The notes: a model not told the origin generated them from the letters alone. A DNA stretch of 64,000 nucleotides from Macrostomum lignano (GCA_002269645.1 NIVC01001826.1:109332-173331), one strand, 5' to 3'. Numbered from the stretch's first letter, positions 11,272 through 24,866 are shown. Made by a program: numbers and translations.

Positions 11272-13066
11272 TAGCGCCGCTCTCTCCCACCTCCTGTCCT
11301 TCAGGTTGCACCGCTCTCTCCCACCTCCTGTCCTTCAGGTACCTCTGCTCTCTCCCACCTCCTGTCCTTCAGGTAGCGCCGCTCTCCCCCACCTCCTGTC
11401 CTTCAGGTACCTCTGCTCTCTCCCACCTCCTGTCCTTCAGGTAGCGCCGCTCTCCCCCACCTCCTGTCCTTCAGGTACCTCTGCTCTCTCCCACCTCCTG
11501 TCCTTCAGGTAGCGCCGCTCTCTCCCACCTCCTGTCCTTCAGGTAGCGCCGCTCTCCCCCACCTCCTGTCCTTCAGGTAGCGCCGCTCTCCCCCACCTCC
11601 TGTCCTTCAGGTAGCGCCGCTCTCTCCCACCTCCTGTCCTTCAGGTAGCGCCGCTCTCTCCCACCTCCTGTCCTTCAGGTTGCGCCGCTCTCCCCCACCT
11701 CCTGTCCTTCAGGTAGCGCCGCTCTCCCCCACCTCCTGTCCTTCAGGTAGCGCCGCTCTCCCCCACCTCCTGTCCTTCAGGTAGCGCCGCTCTCCCCCAC
11801 CTCCTGTCCTTCAGGTAGCGCCGCTCTCCCCCACCTCCTGTCCTTCAGGTAGCGCCGCTCTCCCCCACCTCCTGTCCTTCAGGTAGCGCCGCTCTCTCCC
11901 ACCTCCTGTCCTTCAGGTAGCGCCGCTCTCTCCCACCTCCTGTCCTTCAGCTAGCGCCGCTCTCTCCCACCTCCTGTCCTTCAGGTAGCGCCGTTCTCTC
12001 CCACCTCCTGTCCTTCAGGTATCTCTGCTCTCTCCCACCTCCTGTCCTTCAGGTAGCGCCGCTCTCTCCCACCTCCTGTCCTTCAGGTAGCGCCGCTCTC
12101 TCCCACCTCCTGTCCTCCAGGTACCTCTGCTCTCTCCCACCTCCTGTCCTTCAGGTAGCGCCGCTCTCTCCCGCCTCCTGTCCTTCAGGTAGCGCCGCTC
12201 TCTCCCACCTCCTGTCCTCCAGGTACCTCTGCTCTCTCCCACCTCCTGTCCTTCAGGTAGCGCCGCTCTCTCCCACCTCCTGTCCTTCAGGTAGCGCCGC
12301 TCTCTCCCACCTCCTGTCCTTCAGGTAGCGCCGCTCTCTCCCACCTCCTGTCCTCCAGGTACCTCTGCTCTCTCCCACCTCCTGTCCTTCAGGTAGCGCC
12401 GCTCTCTCCCACCTCCTGTCCTTCAGGTAGCGCCGCTCTCTCCCACCTCCTGTCCTTCAGGTATCTCTGCTCTCTCCCACCTCCTGTCCTTCAGGTAGCG
12501 CCGCTCTCTCCCACCTCCTGTCCTTCAGGTATCTCTGCTCTCTCCCACCTCCTGTCCTTCAGGTAGCGCCGCTCTCTCCCAACTTCTGTCCTTCAGGTAG
12601 CGCCACTGCCCCCACCTCCTGTCCTTCAGTTAGCGCCGTTCTCTCCCACCTGTCCTTCAGGTTGCACCGCTCTCTCCCACCTCCTGTCCTTCAGGTACCT
12701 CTGCTCTCTCCCACCTCCTGTCCTTCAGGTAGCGCCGCTCTCCCCCACCTCCTGTCCTTCAGGTACCTCTGCTCTCTCCCACCTCCTGTCCTTCAGGTAG
12801 CGCCGCTCTCCCCCACCTCCTGTCCTTCAGGTACCTCTGCTCTCTCCCACCTCCTGTCCTTCAGGTAGCGCTGCTCTCTCCTACCTCCTGTCCTTCAGGT
12901 AGCGCCGCTCTCTCCCACCTCCTGTCCTTCAGGTAGCGCCGCTCTCCCCCACCTCCTGTCCTTCAGGTAGCGCCGCTCTCTCCCACCTCCTGTCCTTCAG
13001 GTAGCGCCGCTCTCTCCCACCTCCTGTCCTTCAGGTAGCGCCGCTCTCTCCCACCTCCTGTCCTTC
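11272..13066 (+). repeat. 34-bp minisatellite, left copy
   Basis: Unit ctcctgtccttcaggtagcgccgctctc(t/c)cccac, about 53 copies. Confidence 0.95.
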
Positions 13067-13559
13067 TGTGACTGTGCTTATCCCTATCGCTATAAATCCT
13101 AAATCACTGTCTGCCCATATTGCAGTCAGTTGATCACCAGTTGTACATACAGCTGTTAAACTGTATATCTGAGCAACCCAATCAATTAAGCATACTATAA
13201 CACCCACAGCTTTCAACCCCACGATAAGAGCAACGGTAACTGCATGGGCGTGGGGCGTTGGAATTCTGCGTGTGTATGTTTTTTTCGAATTCAATGGTAG
13301 CCGAGATTGGGGTTTTGCATGAGAATGACAGCTCGAATTATCTGACACACAGGCACTAAGACCTTTTTTCGACGCATTTTACTCGTACTTGACGAAAAAT
13401 CTACAGAACTAAAATAGTGACATAATCTTGTCTGACACCTCTGACAGTTATGTCACTCTCAAGGCATTTCTTTTTTCTAATTCAGTCCTCTGGCCACCAC
13501 CTGACACATTCTGTTTCTTGCATATTCTTATAGTATTATCTCAAACCTTTTTCTAACAA

Positions 13560-15466
13560 AGACTCTGACACACTGCTGACACATTTAACTGGAATGTGAC
13601 ACTCCTGACACATATTAGTGGACTCTGACACTCCTGACACATTGTACTGGACCCTGACACTCCTGACACATTTTACTGGACTCTGACGCTCCTGACACAT
13701 TTTAGTGGACTCTGACACTCCTGACACATTTTAGTGGACTCTGACACTCCTGACACATTGTACTGGACCCTGACACTCCTGACACATTTTACTGGACTCT
13801 GACGCTCCTGACACATTTTAGTGGACTCTGACACTCCTGACACATTTTAGTGGACTCTGACACTCCTGACACATTGTACTGGACCCTGACACTCCTGACA
13901 CATTTTAGTGGACTCTGACACTCCTGACACATTGTACTGGACCCTGACACTCCTGACACATTTTACTGGACTCTGACGCTCCTGACACATTTTAGTGGAC
14001 TCTGACACTCCTGACACATTTTAGTGGACTCTGACACTCCTGACACATTGTACTGGACCCTGACACTCCTGACACATTTTACTGGACTCTGACGCTCCTG
14101 ACACATTTTAGTGGACTCTGACACTCCTGACACATTTTAGTGGACTCTGACACTCCTGACACATTGTACTGGACCCTGACACTCCTGACACATTTTAGTG
14201 GACTCTGACACTCCTGACACATTTTACTGGACTCTGACACTCCTGACACATTTAACTGGACTCTGACACACTCCTGACACATTTAACTGGACTCTGCCAC
14301 ACTCCTGACACATTTTACTGGACTCTGACACTCCTGACACATTTTACTGGACTCTGCCACACTCCTGACACATTTAACTGGACTCTGACACACTCCTGAC
14401 ACATTTTACTGGAATGTGACACTCTTGACATATTTTACTGGACTCTGACACACTCCTGACACATTTTACTGGATTCTGACACTCCTGACACATTTTACTG
14501 GACTCTGCCACACTCCTGACACATTTTACTGGACTCTGCCACACTCCTGACACATTTAACTGGACTCTGCCACACTCTTGACACATTTAACTGGACCCTG
14601 CCACACTCCTGAAACATTTAACTGGACTCTGACACACTCCTGACACATTTAACTGGACTCTGCCACACTCCTGACACATTTAACTGGACTCTGACACACT
14701 CCTGACACATTTTACTGGAATGTGACACTCTTGACATATTTTACTGGACTCTGACACACTCCTGACACATTTTACTGGACTCTGACACTCCTGACACATT
14801 TTACTGGACTCTGACACACTCCTGACTCATTTAACTGGATTCTGACACTCCTGACACATTTTACTGGACTCTGCCATACTCCTGACACATTTTACTGGAC
14901 TCTGCCACACTCCTGACACATTTAACTGGACTCTGCCACACTCCTGACACATTTAACTGGACTCTGCCACACTCCTGACACATTTAACTGGACTCTGCCA
15001 CACTCTTGACACATTTAACTGGACCCTGCCACACTCCTGAAACATTTAACTGGACTCTGCCACACTCCTGACACATTTAACTGGACTCTGCCACACTCCT
15101 GACACATTTAACTGGACTCTGACACACTCCTGACACATTTTACTGGAATGTGACACTCTTGACATATTTTACTGGAGTGTGACACTCCTGACACATTTTA
15201 CTGGACTCTGACACACTCCTGACACATTTAACTGGATTCTGACACTCCTGACACATTTTACTGGACTCTGACACTCTAGACACATTTTACTGGACTCTGC
15301 CACACTCCTGACACATTTAACTGGACTCTGCCACACTCCTGACACATTTAACTGGACTCGGCCACACTCCTGACACATTTTACTGGACCCTGACACTCCT
15401 GACACATTTTACTGGAATGTGACACTCCTGACACATTTAACTGAACTTTGAAACACTCCTGACACA
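13560..15466. repeat. 29-31-bp minisatellite with higher-order blocks upstream of NET gene
   Basis: Unit gactctgacactcctgacacatttt(a/t)ctg. Confidence 0.95.
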
Positions 15467-15687
15467 AAATCATAATTTTCCTTGATGTTTTTGTACTTCA
15501 GTCAGCTGAACTCAGCAGTACAGCATGCACATTCGCTATTTTCTTCTAATTCCGGGTTTGTTAAACGGAGCCGCTCTCTGTCTCGCAATGCCCCGTGGCA
15601 AGTCCAACTTGAACACAACTTGCCCAACTATAATATACAGAGTAGCGCATTGACTGACAGGAGAGTGAAGTCGGGGGGAAGGGGTTG

Positions 15688-15689
<2 letters not shown>

Positions 15690-15718
<29 letters not shown>
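15690..15718. repeat. (GT)n microsatellite
   Basis: Direct reading. Confidence 0.95.
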
Positions 15719-15719
15719 C

Positions 15720-16726
15720 CCACGTGGGGGCGATTTTTTAAGGTCGGTCCGCGGGCCCGCGCGTCCTTTGATCTTGCCGACAGCTGCCAATCAAAACTTG
15801 GGTGGGGGGGCTTGGGCGCGCCGAGGCGGTACGGAGGAGAGAGAGAGAGAGACGTGGTATTGGCAAAGTAGAGGGAAGGGAGAAAGGTATGCCTCTAGAA
15901 TACTCTGTGTGTGTTGGTTGCGAGGCGGGCCTCTCTGGGTGTCACACAGGCCCCGGTCGGTGAGTGATAGACCTCCTGTCAGGCCTGAATGCCAGTCTGC
16001 CACATGAAATCCATTGACGAGAGACATTTAACAGGGCCGCGCGCTGTCACTCTCTCTCCCTCCCTCTCTGCCCCCTCTCATTTCCTCCATTTATCGCCCC
16101 TGCCAGCCAGCAGAGCTTGATTGGCAGGTACGGGAGGAGTTCAGAAGTGGAAGATCTGCAGTGAAGTGAAGGGTGAAGTGTAGAAGAGGCGCACGACCGG
16201 ATTTCACTCGGGGAGGCCGTCCGCCTCTCCCAACTCTCTCTCTCTCTCTCCCCTATTCTCTCTGTTCTCTATTGACACATGGCAAATGTCGGCTAAGGCC
16301 TTTGATGCCTACCAACCCCATGTCTCTCTCTCTCCTTGCCTCCAATTTCCCTTGTAGACTATAGTTAGTTGGCGTTAGTTGTAGCCCCAAGGTTTTGTTC
16401 GCAATCCCTTTCTTTTCGTGTCGTTTGATTGGACCGGCGCATATTGTATACACCTACATATGTGCGCTTCAGATAAAGCAGCCGACTGCCCGCACTAAAA
16501 CACAACATATAGCGAATGCTCAACAATCTAAAGAGGGGGACAGACAGGACAGTTGCCCGCCTCAACCAACCAGGAAGGCTCGAGACCCCAACCTCAACCT
16601 CCCACGCTCCCCAACCTCCCTTCTCCAGTTTTTATATTTGAAAGCAAATACGGTTCAGTTCTTTTCCAAAGCAGAGATCCATCCATCCCGTTGGAAAAGA
16701 TTCAAGAAATTATCATAAATCAAACT
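15720..16726 (+). promoter_or_regulatory. Probable NET gene promoter / 5' leader
   Basis: GC- and CpG-rich unique sequence upstream of the ATG, with CCAAT boxes (gccaatc near 15787, gattggc near 16120) and GA repeats. Transcription start not determinable. Confidence 0.4.
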
Positions 16727-16912
16727 ATGACAAGCGGAAGTAGCAGCGACATTGCCGAGTTGAAGTCAGAGCAGGGAAACGACGCTATGAAATCAGCGGC
16801 TAAACTTTCTTCTAATAGCAGCAGCAGCAGCAATGGCAAGCAATCGTTGTCTCGAAAGTTGACAGGCCAGTACCTGCATCCGGACTACTTGGAGTGCAAC
16901 CAGCCCAATCAG
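16727..16912 (+). CDS. ZNF503: NET-family (Noc/Elbow/TLP-1, ZNF503/ZNF703-like) zinc-finger protein, exon 1
   Basis: ATG at 16727; ends GQYLHPDYLECNQPNQ, similar to the L(R/H)P(E/D)YL segment that precedes the Sp box in NET proteins. Donor CAG|GTGAGA at 16912/16913, phase 0. Confidence 0.8.
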
Positions 16913-17075
16913 GTGAGAATCGAAAATATTCGTTAATTAGCAAACTGATTCTGTCTGGCATTTCTACGAATCACTTAGCTGGGTCTTTTGCCGTTTGTAT
17001 TTGCCGCTGATTGCTTGGCTCTTCATCAAGTTTTGGTTCGGTTTCAATTGCGCTCAATGGGATCGCGGTGGGGTG

Positions 17076-18622
17076 ATGGGACATCAGATAACGATGGGAT
17101 ATCGGATAAGGATGGGATATCAGATAAGGATGGGATGTCGGATAAGGATGGGATGTCGGATAACGATGGGATATCGGATAAGGATGGGATATCGGATAAG
17201 GATGGGATATCAGATAAGGATGGGATGTCGGATAAGGATGGGATGTCGGATAAGGATGGGATATCAGATAAGGATGGGATGTCGGATAAGGATGGGATGT
17301 CGGATAAGGATGGGAGATCAGATAAGGATGGGATATCAGATAAGGATGGGATATCAGATAAGGATGGGATATCAGATAAGGATGGGATATCAGATAAGGA
17401 TGGGATGTCGGATAAGGATGGGATATCAGATAAGGATGGGATATCAGATAAGGATGGGATGTCAGATAAGGATGGGATATCAGATTAGGATGGGATATCA
17501 GATAAGGATGGGATATCAGATAAGAATGGGATGTCGGATAAGGATGGGATATCAGATAAGGATGGGATATCAGATAAGAATGGGATGTCGGATAAGGATG
17601 GGATATCAGATAAGAATGGGATGTCGGATAAGGATGGGATATCAGATAAGGATGGGATATCAGATAAGGATGGGATGTCGGATAAGGATGGGATATGAGA
17701 TAAGAATGGGATGTCGGATAAGGATGGGATATCAGATAAGGATGGGATATCAGATAAGGATGGGATGTCGGATAAGGATGGGATATGAGATAAGAATGGG
17801 ATGTCGGATAAGGATGGGATATCAGATAAGGATGGGATATCAGATAAGAATGGGATGTCGGATAAGGATGGGATATCAGATAAGAATGGGATGTCGGATA
17901 AGGATGGGATATCAGATAAGAATGGGATGTCGGATAAGAATGGGATGTCGGATAAGGATGGGATATCAGATAAGAATGGGATGTCGGATAAGGATGGGAT
18001 ATCAGATAAGGATGGGATATCAGATAAGGATGGGATATCAGATAAGGATGGGATATCAGATAAGGATGGGATATCAGATAAGGATGGGATGTCGGATAAG
18101 GATGTGATATCAGATAAGGATGGGATATCAGATAAGGATGGGATGTCGGATAAGGATGGGATATCAGATAAGGATGGGATGTCGGATAAGGATGGGATAT
18201 CAGATAAGGATGGGATGTCGGATAAGGATGGGATATCAGATAAGAATGGGATGTCGGATAAGGATGGGATATCAGATAAGAATGGGATGTCGGATAAGGA
18301 TGGGATGTTAGATAAGGATGGGATGTCGGATAAGGATGGGATGTTAGATAAGGATGGGATGTCGGATAAGGATGGGATATCAGATAAGAATGGGATATCA
18401 GATAAGAATGGGATGTCGGATAAGGATGGGATATCAGATAAGGATGGGATATCGGATAAGGATGGGATATCAGATAAGAATGGGATGTCGGATAAGGATG
18501 GGATATCAGATAAGGATGGGATATCGGATAAGGATGGGATATCAGATAAGAATGGGATGTCGGATAAGGATGGGATATCGGATAAGGATCGGATAAGGAT
18601 AAGGATGGGATAAGGATAAGGA
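17076..18622. repeat. 18-bp minisatellite in NET intron
   Basis: Unit gataaggatgggatatca / gataaggatgggatgtcg, about 85 copies. Confidence 0.95.
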
Positions 18623-19127
18623 TGAAGAACAAAATAGGAAGTTTTAGGCAAGACATTCTGACTGAGCTGTTCACGGTCCCTCGCTGCAAAACAGAATCTT
18701 CGTGACAGACGGACAGACGCTTGAGAGCTGTGATGGGGAAATTGGAAGAGAAATAAGGGGGGAAGAGAATCTAGGGAGAAAATCCCCAAGGAAACTGGCG
18801 GGTCAGCCAGCCAGGCAGTCAACTGTAGGATTCGATACACGTCACTTATCCTGAAGGGTCGGGTCGAGGTCCCCGCCTGTCAGCCTGTCTGTCAGCCTGT
18901 CTGTCAGCCTTCATCCAACCCTTCTCTCTCTCCCCTCCACTTTTCCCATCTCCTGCAATGCCCCTTTTATCCTGAGATGCATGCGCAGAATGTCTCACGT
19001 ATCCAGAGTCTGCTTTCCAAGTTGATCTTCCAGTCAGTCAACTATATAAGACCATTTTTGCGATTTGGGAAGGACTTTAAGCCAGAGGTTACTGTACGAA
19101 TTATAATTGGGAATGGATTTTTACCTA

Positions 19128-19400
19128 GGAGAGAAAATGAGGGTTGAGAGTCAGAGGATCGGAGATTGATAGAAAATGAGGGGTGAGAGTCAGAGGATCG
19201 GAGATTGATAGAAAATGAGGGTGAGAGTCAGAGGATCGGAGATTGATAGAAAATGAGGGTGAGAGTCAGAGGATCGGAGATTGATAGAAAATGAGGGTGA
19301 GAGTCAGAGGATCGGAGATTGATGAAAATGAGGGGTGAGAGTCAGGATCGGAGATTGATAGAAAATGAGGGGTGAGAGTCAGAAAATCGAAGATTAATAG
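19128..19400. repeat. 38-bp minisatellite in NET intron
   Basis: Unit gagattgatagaaaatgagggtgagagtcagaggatcg. Confidence 0.9.
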
Positions 19401-20086
19401 AGGCTGAGAGTCAGAAGGGAGAGATTTGAGGTCGGAGAGTTGAGAACAGGCCTGAACCAGTAACAGAAGATTTTCTTCAACTCTCTGACAGGCAAGACCG
19501 GGTGGGCTGCTGTGGTGGACAGACGTTTCTCTCCAAGCAGACAAACCAAAGAAAATAAGATGGATTGCAAAACTAGAGAAGATTTATAATATTTCTGTCT
19601 GCCCCAGCACAGCCCGTCAGTTTGCAGTTCAGCTGCCCGCCCTCGGGTCCCTGTCAAAGAAGTTTAGTTTGTGTCCTGTCAGCGGCATGTAAATTGAGGA
19701 GGAGAGCTGACTGATTGAGCGATTGGAGTCGGCAAAAACTTCTGCGTTCGTGTAGACAGCGAGGGTCTCGCCTGTCAATTGAACGTCAAGACCCCAATGA
19801 TGAATGATGGATGCGGTTATATAAGCATTGCTTTGCATATAGCGCAGCATTTTGGATTTCCGCCAACTTTATACTCTATGTATTGAGGGGTTAGTGTTAT
19901 TGAATGACATATTTATAGGAACAGACCGATCAATCAATCAATCAATCAATCAAACAGATTCTAGGTTGTCAGGCTCATTGCCAGAACCTGGTCTAAAACA
20001 CCCCCAATCGCAATGAAGTTTAGTTTCGTAGAATTTCCCAGCAAGTTGTGCTATAGGAGTTAAGTATGGTACTGGCGCCCTGGTGC

Positions 20087-20447
20087 TGGCGCCCCTGGTG
20101 CTGGCGCCCCTGGTGCTGGCGCCCCTGGTGCTGGCGCCCCTGGTGCTGGCGCCCCTGGTGCTGGCGCCCCTGGTGCTGGCGCCCCTGGTACTGGCGCCCT
20201 GGTGCTGGCGCCCCTGGTGCTGGCGCCCCTGGTGCTGGCGCCCCTGGTGCTGGCGCCCCTGGTGCTGGCGCCTCTGGTGCTGGCGCCCCTGGTGCTGGCG
20301 CCCCTGGTGCTGGCGCCCCTGGTGCTGGCGCCCCTGGTGCTGGCGCCCCTGGTGCTGGCGCCCCTGGTGCTGGCGCCCCTGGTGCTGGCGCCCCTGGTGC
20401 TGGCGCCCCTGGTGCTGGCGCCCCTGGTGCTGGCGCCCCTGGTGCTA
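20087..20447. repeat. 15-bp GGCGCCCCTGGTGCT array in NET intron
   Basis: About 24 near-perfect copies. Confidence 0.95.
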
Positions 20448-21665
20448 ACATGCCATGGCATTATTCAACTCCTGTATACCGTTTATGTGACAGTAAGGCA
20501 GAGGTTTGGCTTTTCAGCGACTGGTACATATGCGCTTTAATATCTCAGACGGACACCACGTGGATGGAGAATTACTATATAAAAAGGATTGAAACTCTTT
20601 GATGTTTCATTTTACAACCTACCACCCTACCTCTCCAATTCAAAGTGATTATTTACACCTATAGTATGCTCACGAGGTAGATTAGGTAGACAGACACTGG
20701 ACAGACAGATAGGATAGAAGCCATTGTTGTATCTGCATTAGCCTCCCAGCATTGACTAAAACTAAGCTAGCCGACATGAATATACATTGTAAATTATTGC
20801 TGCAAGCATTACAGCCCCCTAAAAAAGTAAAAAAGAACCAAACCCCGCGTTCAAAAGCTTTACAACCCTTAGCGCTTAAATTTTTAGTGGCCCAGAGCGA
20901 AGTTGACAGTCGCAATTGCAGCAGCGCAACAGAAATTACGTTTCTGAGCATTTTTTAGAGCCTAATACCGGCCCCAACCCCAAAATATGACGGTTGTAAA
21001 ACGAGCATTATTATTATACGATATTTTATTATTTAGGGGATAGCTTAAAAAGGAGCTTTAGTTAGTGTTGCAATAAAGTGCTACACACTGTGCTGTGTAA
21101 TTTATTGCTCAATGCCTGTCCCCCTCACCCCTTCTCCTCCTCTTGTCTAGGAGGTCCGACGACCTCTCCCCTTCTCTCTCCTGTCTCTCCTTTGTTGATT
21201 TACAACAGTGTCAGGGCGGGGGTTTGGGCGGCGTTCAATTCTTAACCGAAGGTGCAATAAGTTTTTATTAACCGGTGCAGCAGCAGCAGTTATGATTATT
21301 ACACTCTTTGCAAACTTTACAACCGACAGACCCACCCCAAGCACACACGCATGGCTGTGCAACCCCCAATCCCCCCCCCCCCCCCTACTGTGCGTGACTG
21401 GCGGCGGCATAGATCAAAGAGCTTTCTCTCTCCTTTGTGCTCCGACGTTCGTACAGTTAGTTATTCGAGAATTCCGTCGCGGCCCTGTTGCTGGGTTTTT
21501 TAGCTATTCGAGGGAAAATTGGTGGAGATTATGATGATGATGATGACTATGATGATGATGGTTATGATGATTATGACTATGATGGTTATGATAATTATGA
21601 TTTAATGATTATGACTATGATGATGATACGATGATCGTACATATTTCCCATTCATCTCATCCCAG

Positions 21666-23069
21666 AGTCCGCTGGCCCTGCTGGCAAAGACGTGCGACAG
21701 CATCGGCAAAGACGCATCGTCTGGCTGCTCCTTGTCGGCGTCTTCCTCGGCAATGTCTCCATCATCGACAGGCCGACAGCAGCAGCAGCAGCATTCGCCG
21801 TCAAGCAAGAAGTCCCAGCATCATCACCACCATCACCAGCACCACCAGCTTCATCACGGAAGCCGGCCCTCCTCAGCCAGCACGCAGAACGGTCAGTCTG
21901 AGAGTCGCAAGCTGTCGCAGCTGTCCTCGCCTACTGCCGGCAGCAAAAGCGGCAACGAGCCGATGGCCAGCCAGTCGACCCTCGAGCAGCACAAGAAGCT
22001 TCTGGAAGCCGCCGCCGCGGCCGCCGCAGCCGCCACAGCCGCCGCCTGCTCGCAGCATCCTACTGGAGCTTCGGCTTCGACTTATCTCATGCCGCCGCCG
22101 CCTCCACCGCTGCCGCCGCCGCCGCCGCCACACCTGCCGACACCGACAAGTGCTCTGCAAGCTGGATTCGGCATTGGCACTTCCCTGCATCATCAGCATC
22201 CGCAACTGCCTCATCATCATCACCAGCAGCACTCGTCTCATCAGCATTCGTCGCAGCTGCTTCACCAGCTCACCATGGCGGCAGCCTGGAGCGGCCTGAG
22301 CGTCCCCGAAGGCCACACCGCGGCTGTGTGCGCCTGTCCGCACTGCGTCCACGCCAGGGCAGTCATGATGAACTACTTCCAGTTCGCGACAGCCGCTGCT
22401 CCTTCGCCGACCGCAGCAGCACCTTCAACTGTGCAGCAGCCTCCGGAGCAGTCGTCTCCGTCATCTTCTTCAGCATCGTCCATGCCGACTGCCGAGTTTT
22501 GCATCTTCTGCGGCAAGCATTTTCCGTCGCCTGATCAGCTGATGCGGCACATGCGGTCTCACGAGGCGCAGCAGCAGCAACAGCAGACGACGCAGCAGCA
22601 GACGGCCGCCAGAGTCTCTCCGCAGCCGCAGTCTCCGCCTGTGTCAGCGCCTATTTCGCCTTACGCTGCCATGGCGGCGATGGCGGCGGCGGCCGCTGCC
22701 GCAGCTTCTGCCACCTCGGTCGCAACTCCAGTGAGCAGTCATCATGAGCAGACTCTGGCGGGAGCATCGACGCCTCATCAAAGCCAGACTCAGCAGGATC
22801 AGCATCTGGAAAGCATACGAAAGTGGATGGCAGCTGCGATGGGGGCGGCGGTGACGCCTTCTGAGCATCATCAGCATCAGCAGCAGCATCATCAGCAGCT
22901 GCTGCAGCGCTACCATCCGTACTTCAGCCAGCAGCACCTGCGCAGCGCCAGTAGCTTAAATGGCGCCAATGGCGCCAGCGCAGGTGGCGCCAACTCGGCA
23001 GGCAGCTCGAGCAGTTCGGGCTTCCTGAGCAGATTGGCTGCCCTTCACGGCGCCGCTCCGTTGGTTTAA
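21666..23069 (+). CDS. ZNF503: NET-family zinc-finger protein, exon 2 (Sp box, Btd box, single C2H2, RYHPY)
   Basis: Acceptor atcccag at 21665, then SPLALLAKTCDSIG (Sp box), VCACPHC (Btd box), CIFCGKHFPSPDQLMRHMRSH (one C2H2 finger) and C-terminal RYHPY. Spliced product about 529 aa. Orthology to ZNF503 versus ZNF703 is not resolvable. Confidence 0.88.
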   Translation, partial: SPLALLAKTCDSIGKDASSGCSLSASSSAMSPSSTGRQQQQQHSPSSKKSQHHHHHHQHHQLHHGSRPSSASTQNGQSESRKLSQLSSPTAGSKSGNEPMASQSTLEQHKKLLEAAAAAAAAATAAACSQHPTGASASTYLMPPPPPPLPPPPPPHLPTPTSALQAGFGIGTSLHHQHPQLPHHHHQQHSSHQHSSQLLHQLTMAAAWSGLSVPEGHTAAVCACPHCVHARAVMMNYFQFATAAAPSPTAAAPSTVQQPPEQSSPSSSSASSMPTAEFCIFCGKHFPSPDQLMRHMRSHEAQQQQQQTTQQQTAARVSPQPQSPPVSAPISPYAAMAAMAAAAAAAASATSVATPVSSHHEQTLAGASTPHQSQTQQDQHLESIRKWMAAAMGAAVTPSEHHQHQQQHHQQLLQRYHPYFSQQHLRSASSLNGANGASAGGANSAGSSSSSGFLSRLAALHGAAPLV

Positions 23070-24067
23070 CAATGCCCACGCTTGAGACAGGACTCAAATT
23101 CAAAATATTGGGGATGTTCTAATCAGAATCTCAGTAAAAATTCCTTTTGAGTTTTAGTAAGCGTTCTTATCTGTACTTTGTCCAACCCGCATTTTGAGCC
23201 CATAAAAGAAGAGATGTTTAGAAAAAAACTCTGCATAAAAAATGAATCTGAAGACTCAAGTGATAATGATAGCCGTGAAACTATATCGTGTCATTTTGTC
23301 ATTATATTCTATTTGTTTAATTAAACAAAGCCAAATTACGAGTATTTTGTTTTAATGCTTTGATGCTTTTTTTTCTTCGAAAAAGCACGTTTTAACAAAA
23401 TAACTAAATCTAAGAGATAACTAACGGATGTTAATTCCTCATTTTATTCCTTCAACTGTTTTAATTTGACAAGTCTCACTAATCTATAGTATAATTTATT
23501 AACTGGCTCAGACCAAACTTTCATTGTAATCTGATGAAGCCTACTATAAACACGCTTTAACACCACCCATGCTCCCTAAAAAGCCAACTATTAATATTTG
23601 TTGATAATTTTTCTAATATTTCTAAAATGTCAAGTTGCGGTGCAACCTGCGGTTGTGTGTGCGCTTTTGTTGTGTTTGTTTGCCAAACCAAGATTATATA
23701 GAATCACTATATTCATAGCTATAATATACACAATTGAAAACAAAAATGTACCACTTCGTACATTAAAATGCAATTGTACATAGCTAATTAAGGCTTGTAA
23801 TTTTTATTTTGCTTTTCATCACTTGTAATAGTAAACTTAATTTATATATTCTTTTAGAGTATAGCAGCAGCTATGCAAAAAATGGTATACAATTATAAAA
23901 AAGTAAAATTTGCGGTCCCTGCCAAATATTGAGATTTTTTGCGCGTCAAAATGACATTTACCTGTGTTAAACAAGCTCGCCTTTGTTCATTGCTGCGTTG
24001 CCATTCATTGAAAGGGGGGGGGCAAGGAGATGAAAGTAAAAAAGAGGGAGATGTAGAGATATCAGCG

Positions 24068-24866
24068 CTATCTAAAAGACAGGAGGTGGGAGAGAGCGGC
24101 GCTACCTGAAGGACAGGAGGTGGGGGAGAGCGGCGCTACCTGAAGGACAGGAGGTGGGAGAGAGCAGAGATACCTGAAGGACAGGAGGTGGGAGAGAGCG
24201 GCGCTACCTGAAGGACAGGAGGCGGGAGAGAGCGGCGCTACCTGAAGGACAGGAGGTGCGAGAGAGCAGAGGTACCTGGAGGACAGGAGGTGGGAGAGAG
24301 CGGCGCTACCTGAAGGACAGGAGGTGGGAGAGAGCGGCGCTACCTGAAGGACAGGAGGTGGGGGAGAGCGGCGCTACCTGAAGGACAGGAGGTGGGAGAG
24401 AGCGGCGCTACCTGAAGGACAGGAGGTGGGGGAGAGCGGCGCTACCTGAAGGACAGGAGGTGGGGGAGAGCGGCGCTACCTGAAGGACAGGAGGTGGGAG
24501 AGAGCGGCGCTACCTGAAGGACAGGAGGTGGGGGAGAGCGGCGCTACCTGAAGGACAGGAGGTGGGAGAGAGCGGCGCTACCTGAAGGACAGGAGGTGGG
24601 GGAGAGCGGCGCTACCTGAAGGACAGGAGGTGGGAGAGAGCGGCGCTACCTGAAGGACAGGAGGTGCGAGAGAGCGGCGCTACCTGAAGGACAGGAGGTA
24701 GGAGAGAGCGGCGCTACCTGAAGGACAGGAGGTGGGAGAGAGCGGCGCTACCTGAAGAACAGGAGGTGGGAGAGAGCGGCGCTACCTGAAGGACAGGAGG
24801 TGGGGGAGAGCGGCGCTACCTGAAGGACAGGAGGTGGGAGAGAGCGGCGCTACCTGAAGGACAGGG
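24068..24866 (-). repeat. 34-bp minisatellite, inverted copy of the 11.3-13.1 kb family
   Basis: Unit gtgggagagagcggcgctacctgaaggacaggag is the reverse complement of the left array unit. Confidence 0.95.

Noticed and set aside
16971-18840. Long ORFs (SHPYLI, SDKDGI, RIRMGY repeats)
   Set aside because: Translations of the 18-bp intronic array within the NET intron.
20020-20602. Collagen/elastin-like GAPGA ORFs, also at 42042-42626
   Set aside because: The 15-bp unit has no stop in any frame; both arrays lie inside introns defined by phase-consistent exons.
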